Shown: one piece after another, positions 47,701 through 58,844 of the stretch
Numbering within the stretch: position 1 is the stretch's first letter
How the letters are laid out: each line of letters starts with the position of its first letter
Assembly: GCA_965637545.1 (NCBI GenBank)
Contig: OZ281494.1
Coordinates: 4,650,001 to 4,714,000, forward strand
Reading direction: 5' to 3'
DNA: 64,000 nucleotides
DNA from: Phallusia mammillata
Lineage: Eukaryota
Notes under the pieces: model-generated
Seen by the model: the letters and a program-made list of their open reading frames with translations, nothing else
Database searches by the model: none
What the model was told of the DNA's origin: nothing
Program-made: the position numbers and the translations under genes

Positions 47701-50521
47701 TTCTCTATAACACATAAATGAAGCATTAAAAATCACTTAGTCCACTGAAGCAATTATTGCCTAAAACTGTTTTCATTTGTTGACATTGATTACTAAAATA
47801 GGTTAAATTTTGCTTAATGCCTACTATAATTTAACCAAGCTTCTTTGGCACTTCACAGTGATATTTAAGTTTGATATTGAGTATGCAATAAAAAGTAAAT
47901 TTGTGAAAAACCAGATGCTATCAGTTAATATCAAAAAACTTGGTAGCATGAAATGTTTAAACTTCCCTTCTGTGGGCAAAAACCTATAATAACCAATGAC
48001 CATGTAAGTTTTTATATTTACTGAAAGCTTAGCAAATTGACATTGTGATTTAGGAGACTTAGGTTTCATATAAATTTTGAATTATATTCTTAAAGATATA
48101 ATCACACCCATATGTCCATCATGTTATCCAGTTTCAGCAATAAATTAGTCTAATCCAACAATTATACACCAGTAAAAAAAATAAAATAATGCACTAACCA
48201 TGATATGAAACAAGGTAAACATCTTGATACAAAAGAACACGACCAAATTCCAAACAGCCTACATTTTCTGTGTCAATTGTGTCAGCATTGGACAGCTTAA
48301 TAACATGGCCAGAATTAAGAATCATTTCTTTAAGCTTTAGAGTGGACAAAACAGTTCCATCAATTCCAGCAAGCCAAACTCGGAGACTTGGCCGAGCCGA
48401 GTAGATTTTCAAATCCACTTCACTCAGAGTGTTTTCATTAAAGCAAGCACCATACTCACCACTGTACAAAAATATATGTTATTTATTTACAGAACATAAG
48501 CTGAAGCTAAGTTTTATGGATTGTTTGGAAAAAATAAAGTGACATTACTACACCAAAAGGCGAATAGCCGCATATTGTTGCTTTGTGTAAATTAAATCTG
48601 ATTGATGGTACTTTTATGTCAAACTAGTCTGTTTTAAGGCAAGTTTAATTAGACAGTCTTAAAAGACACAACAAAGATTTGTTTATTTTGCAAATAAAAC
48701 ACATTTATTCTTCTTTGTAATGATAAAACCAAATGGAATTCAAAATTTAGGCATTTTCACCTTCTTGTTGGTTTCTTTCCAATGTCATAGGATTTATCAC
48801 TTGAATGTACAATAACCTTCTCAGTTGTAGCAACAAGCAGAGATTTGTGTTTGTATTGCATCTGAACAATCCGACTTCCTTCTGAATATGCTTTTGTAGC
48901 GTTGCAAGTGTTCTGAAAACAAAAACCTTTCGTAAAAAAAGTTGAAAGAAAAAATGTCTCTGCATTTTCTCAACATTCCAAATAACTTGCAGCTAATTTT
49001 TCATGAAGTTTATTGCAAAAAGACTTGTAACATACATTGATATTGTTAACCCTAATAATGAGGCACTGTTCAAAACACAACAAATCAGTTTAGAATATAT
49101 ATGTGACATATGTACATTAAATTCTAACATAACCTAAATCAAGAAAACAAGCTTTTTTTGTAAATTATATGCTACAAATCACACAAAATCTAGATGCATT
49201 TCTAGTACATTTAATATCTGACTATATATTTTGACAGCTCACTGTGGGTCATTAAGAACAAAAACGATGTTACTATGACAGAACACAAGTGTAAATCTTG
49301 GTTCACAAAGACTTACCAGGTCAAAGTTAACGCTGGAGCAAAAAATTTCCCCATTTGCATCACCAGAAAATAACTTCATCCCATTCAGACTCCATGCCAA
49401 GGAACAAACTTCAGAGGAATGAAGTTTTCCCAAACTGAATTTCTTTACCTATCAGGAATATTTAAGAATAAAGTCAAAATAATTTTAATGCTGGGTCCAA
49501 CTTGAAAGAGTGTATTTCTGCTTATTAGGGCATATTACTTCATGTGATAATACAACACAGAAACAATTTCACAGGCCAAAATAATACGCTGTGCAGCTAC
49601 AAATAATTGGTTTTCAATAAGAATACATTAATAATAATAAATTTTGCACATATTTCAATAGCCAGATATAAAATGAGGATTTTAGTTTTGCTTAATGCCT
49701 ACAAAAACCTATCCTTTTTCATGTAAACCTTTTACTTATTCAGCTGAAGACTCAAATACTTACCTGCTTTGTCGTGCCAGTTGTAGTGGTAGAAAATATT
49801 ATGATGACAACTCTCCCTTCACTTGTTCCGAGAGCAATTTGATAATCTAGCCCTACAAGTATCTTGGCTGATGTCACAATGTCATAATTGCTCTGTAGAA
49901 AAATAAAACAAATTCAAAGACTGCTGTCAATTTTAAATGAGTTAGAAACCAGCTTTTAAAGGTAATCAAAATCTCTACATTTATTAGGTCCTGAGCAATT
50001 CCAAAACAAAGTGACACAGTGAATTCATGAACAGCTTGTGCAAATGTACATTTTTTACTGGCAAAGTTTTATTTATCAAGCATATGTAGAGATTAAAACT
50101 GCTTTTGAAACAAGTAAAGTGACTAATTATGGCAAAAGCATTTTTTTAAATATACTTCACAGTGTGTGTTAAATAAACAATGTTTTATTGCAATTTTTCC
50201 AAATTTGCACGTCTCAAATGTACGGTTTCACTTACTTTTCACCTAATAGTTTGTACAATTGACAGAATGTATCAAAAACAAAAAGTACCAAAAACACTAC
50301 ACAACACTTACATTTGTAACAATCTTGATGACAGAACCTGCTTCACGATTGTGTAGAAAAGCACAACCTGCATTTGTACCAAATACAATGTGACTTTCAG
50401 TTGCATCAAAACTCGTTACTTCAAGTTGACTGCTTTTCAGTCCGTGATAAAACTTTTCTGGGATATTTTTAAAGACGTCGTGGGCAAGAGGGTATTCTTG
50501 CACGAACGTGTTCTCACTCAT
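32706..50521 (-). CDS. TECPR2: Tectonin beta-propeller repeat-containing protein 2, ~1485 aa
   Basis: 25 phase-consistent exons: 50521-50312, 49892-49764, 49448-49317, 48912-48761, 48461-48199, 47704-47546, 47402-47356, 47292-47182, 46676-46386, 46096-45919, 45818-45748, 45359-44586, 44309-44226, 44151-44043, 43836-43696, 42500-42220, 41716-41608, 41366-41212, 38917-38855, 38225-38111, 37011-36763, 36338-36160, 34356-34239, 33788-33639, 32893-32706. N-terminal WD region (GEYGACF...YSARPSLRVW), lysine-rich EIVFRPKSKPKRKK segment, acidic middle region, TECPR repeats (VWALDNYGNIYARIG), and C-terminal LIR DDPSWELV-stop, all as in vertebrate TECPR2. Confidence 0.93.
33101..33185. repeat. Four tandem copies of a 20-bp unit CGACCTTGTTAAGGGGTTCA
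   Basis: Units start at 33101, 33121, 33141 and 33161. Probably the subterminal array of a decayed hAT MITE in the last TECPR2 intron. Confidence 0.9.
34503..34906. mobile_element. hAT-type MITE with Ac-like termini, 404 bp
   Basis: Ends CAGGGATGTGCC and GGCCCATCCCTA. Perfect TSD AATGCATC at 34495-34502 and 34907-34914. Palindromic GCTCGG/CCGAGC subterminal arrays at both ends. Confidence 0.9.
35056..35981. mobile_element. Non-autonomous TIR DNA transposon, ~926 bp, superfamily uncertain
   Basis: Termini AGGTACCTGAAGGTATATAGGCCC and GGGCCTTGTTAGCTGCAGGTACCT, flanked by TA on both sides. Internal AAGGCCC repeats. Confidence 0.75.
37547..37896. mobile_element. hAT-type MITE with truncated right TIR
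   Basis: Left end CAGGGGTCCGCAAATA; right end TATTTGCGG lacks the terminal ACCCCTG. TSD CCTTAGTA is perfect on both sides. GGGTCGCG subterminal motifs. Confidence 0.85.
38271..38834. mobile_element. hAT-type MITE, 564 bp
   Basis: Ends CAGACCTGGGCA and TGCCCACCCCTG. Perfect TSD CGCTAAAT. Confidence 0.9.
39928..40254. repeat. Two ~108-bp direct repeats 220 bp apart
   Basis: TGAGAAAATGGTCA...CTGTGCACTGAGCGA at 39928-40035 and 40148-40254, within a transposon-rich TECPR2 intron. Confidence 0.85.
40335..40949 (+). mobile_element. Helentron/HINE-like non-autonomous element with internal 157-bp tandem core
   Basis: Starts AACAAGGAG. Two ~157-bp core units (40558-40714, 40715-40871), an A/G-rich tract, then the 3' hairpin GTCCCCTT-CAGGG-AAGGGGAC followed by CCATAAT. 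Related hairpin remnants near 41445-41470 and 27890-27915. Confidence 0.6.
42544..43099. mobile_element. hAT-type MITE, 556 bp
   Basis: Perfect 13-bp TIR CAGGGCTACTCAA / TTGAGTAGCCCTG. Perfect TSD CTCTATTG. Confidence 0.95.
43120..43354 (-). mobile_element. Degenerate tRNA-derived SINE (second family)
   Basis: A-box-like GAGTGGTAAGCGC and B-box-like GGTTTCAAACCC, followed by CTAAGCAAGAAAACT...ATTGCTCCAACC, which resembles a SINE central domain. Confidence 0.55.
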
Positions 50522-50650
50522 GCTGGCTTTGTGCCTGAGTAATATTTTTCAATAAGAAACCTAGTCCCATCTGCAAGTTTGCAAAAATTGTTGTTTGAGG
50601 AAGACGTTTGGAAAAAACAAAAGCAGAACCGAAGCGTCATATGACTGACA

Positions 50651-50661
50651 GGGGATTCCCC
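50651..50661. promoter_or_regulatory. Palindromic NF-kappaB-type site upstream of TECPR2
   Basis: GGGGATTCCCC, about 130 bp upstream of the TECPR2 ATG. Confidence 0.45.
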
Positions 50662-51125
50662 ACGATAGTACCAAGATGATTTCGGCAACAGAGCGTGAAG
50701 CAAAACTTTAGAATATTTTTTTGTAATTATTGTTTTGTTGTTTAGAGGTTTTTTTTTCAAGTTAAATCGTGCTTATCAATGCGTACTACTTTTGCGTTAG
50801 AAATAATTTGTAAATGCAAGGGTAAATGTTGGGGTTAAAATTTTGAATTCTTAAAATACTTTTATCATCCGTGTGTCTGTGAAAGTGAAGATAAAACGTC
50901 ACAAACCTTTTCAGGTATTTATTGAAAAATGCAATAAAAACAGCTGCGCAAAAAAAAACGCAATGTGGGAAGTGTGTCCAAAAGAAAGTAACCGTAAAAT
51001 ATCATTTTGTCCAAAAAAGTTGTTTTTCATGCTTTGTTGTGCTTACATGCTAAGTCTGTGATGATCCAAAAAGTATAACCCCCTTCAAAATCTTACGCAG
51101 CAAAACAATAAACAAGGAAACAGCA

Positions 51126-54100
51126 TCAATACAAACAGAACAAAGATCTTTGGTAAGTATGATCTGAACCCCGCCGGAGGGCGTTGTTGAGCGGATGATC
51201 ATACATGAGATTATTGACCAAATCTCCAATGAGCGAAGTAATTTCAGTTTGATTTAAGCCTAACCGTTCTTGGAGGAAGGTCAAGTAATTGGCCCGAGCA
51301 TATATCAGGTCAATTTGGGCTTCGTTTTCGCTTCGAACATCTGGTAAAACAATTTAGGTTAAGGATGGCTTCATCGTAGGCTAGTCTTGGTCAAGATAAA
51401 GCCTATTAGTCTTTTAGCATAAAGGAAATGCCTAACCTGTTTGGCTTCAAACTTGGTAGTTTTGCTTAATGGAGTGTTAAGATATAGTTAAAATTACATT
51501 TACATGCATAGAACCCTGTTTATATTTTAAAAGTTTGTGGACAACTCATTTTGCACACAAAATGAAATGTGTGTCATTGGAGATATGACTTATTGACAAG
51601 CTTCTAAAAAAGATATAAAGAATCGTAATAGAAGCTTTAACATTTTTTATCACTTTTTGACTAAATGATAAAGATATGCTTTTTTTCATATTGTTTCCAG
51701 TCAGTGATATGGATGTTTTTAAATTGTATTTTACCTTCGGCGGGATCAAAGAAGGAGTCGACGACCTTGATGCTTCCACTGAGAAGTGCAGAATTTTCCA
51801 CAAACGTGTAACTGGTTGCGTGCGGAGTTCCAAGGGTTCGGAAATAGTTGGGGGGATTCGGAATACCAAGATCCTACGAAAAATATAAAATGGTAGCCTA
51901 CTTGACACTGGCCATTTTTAACAGAACTTTTGAGAATAAGAAAAACAATATCTGATGTGTTTCTGTAATTGTCAGAATTTTTGTCCTTTCATAGATTTTA
52001 AGTTATTCATCTCTTATTAGTTTAGCCACTAATATTTACCTTTTTCACCTAATTATACGAAAGTGTCTTACAATTAGACAGTCAAGAACAAAACAAAACT
52101 TAAACTGGTTTGAAACAACAACTGTTTGAATAGAAAAAGGTTCAAATTTCTTTCAAAAAGGTTAAGTTCAAATTCATCCCAACACTTACATCAAACACAT
52201 TTTCGTATCCATACTGAAGAATTCCTGCGTAAGTTCGGAATCCAACGTAGGTATTAAAGTCGCCTGACCAGATAATTTGCGCCTGTTTGTTGTTTCGTTG
52301 ACGTGATTTCATAATCTGCAAACCCTCGTGAATGTATTTGATCTGCAAAAATAAAATCAAACTATCAGATTTTTCCTAACAGGTGCAGCTTAATTACATT
52401 CATGTTCCTTCCAAGTTATGTACATTTGCAACTTCTTAGTGATCAATACTAGAATATCGAGGCTTAGCACAAGCTGGTATGTGGTCACAGTGGCCGTCGG
52501 TGCACTATGGGAGCTTGTGTATATGCCCAGACACGTGAAAATATATGCTACACATAAAATGGTGTGTGGTCACAGCGTACACATCTAATATAGCTCACAG
52601 TGGTCCTTAGGAGTTTGTGCATGCCTTCACAAGATGGTTTACATTTATACGATATCAGAGTTACGACCCAATTTTAAACCTTCTTGCAACTCTCACATAA
52701 ATGTCCATTATATTTATCAAGCAAAATAGGTCCAAAAAAGCCTGATCATAAAATAATCTATGAAAATCAAACCTGCGATTCGCGGACGAAAAATCCAAGG
52801 AGACCGCGTTCCAACTGTCCGTTCGCCACAACAACACGAGGTACGTCATTTCGTACAAGGTTATTTTGCTTCATTGCAAAGGCTGCCAGGGTTACAATAT
52901 TCCCACTGCCGGTAGTTTTAATGCTTCGAGCTGCCGTGCGAAAAAGCTTGTTCGAGCGATAAAACGTTACTGGTCCGTTATTCTGAAAAGAAATAAAAAA
53001 AAACGATTTTTGGCGAATTTTATTTAACTGAGGTGAAGGATATTACTAATAGCAACGTTTTTAACATATATTTGAAATGAAATGATCGAATTCACACATA
53101 TTAAGTTTACTGTCCATGAATTGTAAGTAACTGTTGACACTTTGGGTTAGAGATTATATGAACAGCAAAAGCTATTGCACTGAATATTAAATTAGTGTAT
53201 GTCAGTTTGTGGGTCCATGAATCATCGGTTTGCCCACCTAAGTTATAAACTTTTCTAGAACAGACTAAATATTTGCAGTGGCAGGTGGTAAGCTGAACTG
53301 ATACCTGGAAAGAAACAGTCGCAAAATGCCTCAAGTGATAAGCACCGCCTTCATTAAACCTACATGCGGGTGGTCGACATAAAATTTATGAAAAATGATA
53401 TCTTGGTAAATATTACAGCGATAAATTTTAATACACCACATGATTAAGCTTGTCGTTGTTTAGGCGCGAGTTGCATAACAGTTGCGCAGTGAATCCAAAT
53501 AAAGCGATTAACCTGTCGAAGTGTCGCTTATCATCAAGTCATTATGGTTCATCTCAAGGGACGAGTCGGCTGCAAAAATGCCCGGAGGGCGAAACATGAA
53601 CAGAAGAAACGACCAAAACAATATCAAGTCTGGTTCGACTCATGCAGCGCTGACGTCAATGCTCACGTGGTTTATGCTCTTTCGTCATGTTTGCATAATT
53701 TGCATTTGTTTGTCGGGGGTAGATAAACTTACGTGACGTATAAACCGTTTTACGTCATCAGATGACGTTGATTAAACAATTTACCGAACAAATTTCGAAA
53801 TAAAATTTGTGGTAAGGCTTTGAATAAATAAACAAAGGCAAAAGCAAAGCTGGGCAGCCCTGTAGCGTTCAAGACACGCTATTTTCACATTTACTATGTA
53901 CAAGGAGGCGCAGTACTGAATCAAGCCGTTCTTGCGGATCAAATACAATGCATGATATAACGCTTTTATGACGTTTAAAGTTTCAAACTTGACCATGTAA
54001 ATTATTTTTGTATGGTTTAAAAACAATTGTTTAGGGTGATTTAGTATCTTGTAAATTATGAAGTGTTACTTTACTTGGAGTATAATTTTGCAGAAACTTT

Positions 54101-55372
54101 TGCAAGAATATATGACTCTCAAACAGAAACAAGAACGTCTGTACTGACCTTGTAAATTCGATATCTTGGCAAATGGGAACTCCAGTATCTTTGAAGATGT
54201 GGACCGTAAATTGCCAACGAGAAATCAGGGCTTAACGCTTTTTGAAGGGGCTGCAACCAATCCTGCTGAACCTAGAAGCAAAGTTAACTACATCAAATCT
54301 GGCAAGATGTTCGTTTATTCTTATTCACAATAAATTTACCCAATGCACAATAACATATTATGCTAAATTTTATGAACGTAATGAAATTATGTTTTGATTA
54401 CGTAATTGTGTAATACTTTTTTGCAGGTTGGTAGATTTGCTAATTAAACCCAATTGTTAGTGTTAGTATTATTTCAATAGAAATGAATTTTAACAAAGGT
54501 GAAAGAGTAGTTCGTGATTTTTTTGAAATGAGCTATTTTATTTTTGAACAATTTTGTTGACTCAGTATAGCACTTAGTAAAACTAGAGATTCATAAGCCA
54601 ATGTTATTTGTGACTTTTAGGTCTTTTACCTCTTGCAAGAGAATAATGTCAGAATTCGACTCCTTCAAAGCTTTTACAATAATATTGAATCTTGTAGTTG
54701 CATTCAACAATCTTCGATCAATGATGGCCGCATGGAATGAAGTAGGGTCAGTCCACATTGGAGCCATAATATTCCAGTTTAAAACCCGAACCTGAAAGTT
54801 GCAATGAATGCATGCTTAAAACCCGAAAGTTAAGTGTTGCAATCAGTTAAGGTGTATAATTTGTCTGGCCTATGCCAATTGCCACATGTTGAAATGCTTG
54901 GTCACCAGCCCAATCGGCAACGCAATCAGTAGGCCTGGCTTGCTACAATTTGCGTTGCAATTACAGTAGATTATGGCATCTTTTAAAATACGGATTTGCA
55001 AAAAAATACGTTGCTAATCAAAGCCACCATCAATAATATTATATCTTTTGTCCATGCATTTTCGTTTAAAGTAAATAAAAATTCGTTTAACATAACCTAA
55101 TTCGTTTGTTAACCACAAACGTATGCAAACATTAAAGGCAAACAAATGACAGGATTAGGTCTACCGTTTTCCAGTTGGTTATTTGTAATACAATCGCATC
55201 AGATCAGGCAAAATTAGCAATACTCTAATGGGCAATATATAATGCTGTCCAGATAAATACGATTACTTACAGATTGTGATTCGGTGCAATCCTTAGGCAG
55301 ATGATCGTTCGGTGAAGAGAACACATAGCTCAGGCAAACACACAACAAAAGAAGAAACCTAAAGGCAATCAT
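51126..55372 (-). CDS. Signal-peptide-bearing exonuclease-endonuclease-phosphatase (EEP; CCR4/nocturnin-like) protein, ~367 aa
   Basis: 7 phase-consistent exons: 55372-55271 (MIAFRFLLLLCVCLSYVFSSP...), 54791-54630 (VRVLNWNIMAP...DIILLQE), 54271-54149, 52982-52773 (NGPVTFYR, VVVANGQL), 52342-52190 (IIWSGDFN), 51873-51735, 51340-51126 (QIDLIY...GSDH...LFCLY-stop). Total 1104 nt. Confidence 0.88.
53651..53768. promoter_or_regulatory. CRE/E-box/octamer motif cluster in EEP intron 3
   Basis: TGACGTCA 53651, CACGTG 53664, ATTTGCAT 53698, TGACGT 53734, ACGTCA 53752, TGACGT 53763, in a locally CpG-rich island. Confidence 0.4.
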
Positions 55373-57358
55373 GTTTCAGATTGCAAAATTTTTCCAACTT
55401 CAAGGCAGCAATATCTTCAGCGACCACAGCTTGGGTTATGAATGCAGTTAAAGCTACCGTTGTCTGCTTTTAAAACCACCGAACATAGCCGGAGGGCTTA
55501 GCGAGAAAAGCAATGTCGATATTGAATGCTGCATCGTAATTTTTATCGCTTGTTGATGCTCCTGAAATGAAAAATAGGGTTTCGGACTTGACCTTGACAT
55601 GCAAGAAGGATGTAAATAACAGTTAGAAGTCGTATGCGTGACTTTGAACCTGATTGATCTTTAGCAGATTTCTTGGTTATAAAGTTTGCTGATGGTATCC
55701 TGGTATCCTATTTGTCATGGAAATCCTAATTTAGGAAACAAAGATAACTCAAATAGTTTTGGTTTTATTTCAACTGTTGTTAGTGCATGCCAAAATGTGC
55801 AAAATTTAATTGGCATTTTCCAATGTTCAGCAAGTTCACGAATTCCACAAAAAGATCCGTAATTGTCATTCTTGACCGAAACACTCCTCTATAATCGGCA
55901 CTTGCTGGGAGACACGTTGTTTGACAAATAGTGCAACATGTCTGAAATAAAGTTTTGCGCAGTCAGCGCAAATTTGAAATATTTTCATGCTTCGCCCCGA
56001 AACGAACTTAACTTCAAATTATCCAAAATTGGATTTTAGCGTGCCTCCCAGCAAAATCATGTTTCGCTAAATATGGTCGTCTTAAGAATGAAACCAGAAG
56101 AACGGGTTAATTGCTGAATTCGCAAATATGCCTGAAAAGTAGGCCTGGTAGAAGTGGTGGTTGGACTTTCTAATCACAAAGAGCCACGATAAAGCTTTTC
56201 GAAGATTAATTACAATAGCCTACAACCTCACAAACATTCAAAAACTATTTAGCGAACAAAGTTATTGTCAATACCCATCAGACAGACATCCAGACACAAC
56301 ATAGTAAAGTGTTTTTATTTGGCTAGCTGCATTCTATGGTTAGAAGTTTTAACTTAGAACGCATGTTCGGCCAACAGATTGGTCCATAGTAAAAGACAAC
56401 AACAACGATTAAACATTTAAAAGGGCAAACATATCAGCCAGACAGATAGTATTTTAACTGCACAATATATGCAACCTATGGTGGTCAGTTGAAGGGTGCT
56501 ATGTCAGAAAAATCTTTAAAAATTTAAGTTTTTTTGCACTTGCAAGGGTTCGACAGAACGTCAACAACAACATAAAAACAACCAATGCACGAAATATTTA
56601 ACACCAGTATTAAAATGTTTACTGGAATAAATTGTTGCGTAAATGTGCGTATATAAGTTGTTTACATTTATCTCCTATCAAAGTTGCCCACTAACCGGCC
56701 CGCACGAAAACCACAAAAACAACCTCCCAAAGTCACGTGGTAATCTTGGACAAAAATATTTTGACACTTAAGTGGATGAGTGGATAATAAATGGATTCGC
56801 GGTTCGATTGCTTTAAAATTAGCATAGCCGGGTTTAAGTGGATCAGACAATTAAACGTGTTTTTCAACATTTTCGGGGTGGGTAATAATTTCAAGGTTTC
56901 GGTCATGACTTATAATTAGCCTAACAAGTTCACCTAATAATTTAAGCTATTTGTGAAATGTAAACACCCAAAATAAGTCACGTAAATGTTTGGATGTAAT
57001 GGGTGGTCTAATTGTGATATCAATCTCAAAATAAAGTTTGACACAAAAATAAGTTTTGTTATGAAGTCGCGTCTGTATTTTTTCCAAATTTGAACGCTTT
57101 TTGGACAAAGATTGTTCCATAGTAAAACGGTTGAAACAATCTAAGAACAAGACTTAATTCTAAAAGGAATTGAATCTCACGAACTATGTCTTGTCATCAA
57201 GCCAGTATGTCTTATATTTTATGCAAAACCATAAAAGATAAAGAACATCATTGCGAAATCACTTGAGTAGTTAAGACAATTGACTGCAAACTAAAATCTT
57301 GTTTTCGATCAATCAAACAATCATGTTGTCTGTTCTAAAATAGCTTTGCCAAGGAACT

Positions 57359-57404
57359 TACGGAGCGGGGAGCAAATCTGAGTAAAACCTTATTCAAATA
57401 GAAT
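57359..57404 (-). ncRNA. Spliced-leader (SL) RNA gene candidate; 3' end approximate
   Basis: Exact Ciona-type SL exon ATTCTATTTGAATAAG (57404-57389), immediately followed by a GT donor. Nt 6-15 pair with nt 20-29 (9 of 10 pairs), placing the G|GU junction in the loop. Sm-like AGAUUUG follows. A CpG-rich promoter-like region lies upstream. Confidence 0.8.
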
Positions 57405-57615
57405 GGTTTTAACTCGTTTTGTCAAAATCACGTGTCTCGCAAAAAGTCTGTTGACGGATCGTCTACGTCATCGGTCAATGACGTCATCAAAAGTTCAGAG
57501 TTTGTTGCTTTTGCCATTTTTGGCCGCGGTTCCGTTTCGCTCTGGTGACTCGATGACGCACCCTCCTGCACTTTACGCTTTGCTGCGTCTCCCGATTTGT
57601 TCTGTGACGTAATAG
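57405..57615 (-). promoter_or_regulatory. Putative promoter of the SL RNA gene
   Basis: CpG-rich block with CACGTG 57429, ACGTCA 57465, TGACGTCA 57479 and TGACGTAA 57605, directly upstream of the SL exon. Confidence 0.5.
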
Positions 57616-58402
57616 GAAGTTGTTGATTGAATTGCTTGAGTTAATCAAGTACTTCCACAAAAGGTTCATTATATGCGACAATTTACTCAAACAAGCTTAT
57701 ATGCGCGGTCCAACTATTTGCTAAATACATTTTTTACCACAAATATGATTTAGAAACAAATCATTCGGCTTTTGTAATTTTTTTTTATTGAATTCAATTA
57801 AATGTGTCGGATGCTTACAAATCCTTGGTGATCAATAACTTAGTTAGTTCTGCGTTTACTTGCAGTTAAAAAAACCAAAAAATGAAAAAAAATCACCTTT
57901 TTGTCAAGTTGTTGATAAAGATATCGCAGAAGAACGTTACTTCGATCCTTCTTGATAACTACAGAAAAATACTAGTGTTAAACATAATTCATAATATTCA
58001 TTTTTAGTCCCTATTTTTACGACTGTTTAAAGTATGTTAAAAGCCAGTTGAGGTGACAGGCAAAGCCCTATCTAAAAAGTAGCATTTTTTCAGGCAACCT
58101 ATAAAAACTGACATGTTCTAAAACGAAAACAAGTCAGTCATAGTACTAGGAGACCTCAATATAGGATGAAAACTACAAAGTAAATTGATCTGTTCTGGAA
58201 AACAAAAGACTGTACAGTCATAGTACAGGGAGACGACCTCGACATTTTCTACAAAACTTGCCGGAAACGAAACAGTAGCAAGAAATTTCTCGCTACAAAT
58301 CAGGAGAATTCAAGGCAACAAGTCGATTGTAGGCGATTTGAACGTCGAAATTTACGTTGAGCAAACAGCCGAAGCGACTCCCAATATTACTTCCGATTGG
58401 CT

Positions 58403-58416
58403 GTTGCCATGACGAC
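58403..58416. promoter_or_regulatory. RFX X-box-like motif with adjacent CCAAT box
   Basis: GTTGCCATGACGAC (12/14 match to GTTGCCATGGCAAC), preceded by ATTGG, about 430 bp upstream of the discoidin-CUB ATG. Confidence 0.4.
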
Positions 58417-58844
58417 AGCGCCAAGGCGGTTCTGCTGTTGAGGAACTATTGGCGGAAACGGTTGGTGTGTTACTTTTCAGGTCAGTCTGTGTTTGGTTCG
58501 ACGGCTGAAAACTGGTGCAGTTTGAACAAATATTTTTTGCTGATTGATTCTGCGTGCTAAACAGTGACGCTACAACGTCCACCTACTTTATGTGTACTTT
58601 CTAAACCTGCATAATATTTCATTTATTTTAGTTTAAATCTGTTTCGTTTTTAAAAATTGAAGCAAACAAATGTGGCGTAGCTATTTTGTGCTGAACAAAA
58701 TATTGCTTGATTCCTGCAATTGTTTGAAGGTTTTAAGAAGAGTTTTAAAGAGTGTTACATCAACCTTTCTTACTCGTCTACACAGCTACACATTTTTGTA
58801 CTTTAACTTATCTTGAAAGAAGAAACCATACAACAGTGGCAAAC

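Noticed and set aside
50522-51125. EEP-TECPR2 operon
   Set aside because: Same strand and close, but about 600 bp apart with promoter-like motifs in between. Adjacent poly(A) and trans-splice sites cannot be shown from sequence alone.
55720-55941. Possible terminal exon of an extra small minus-strand gene upstream of the EEP gene
   Set aside because: It has an acceptor, an open frame of about 55 codons and AATAAA, but I found no phase-compatible upstream exon or recognisable motif.
56050-56480. Possible GPCR remnant on the minus strand (ANSAINPFFW; KILSVWLICLPF)
   Set aside because: Short motif resemblances separated by several stops and frame changes, with no continuous ORF or exon chain. 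A tblastn/HMM search would be needed.
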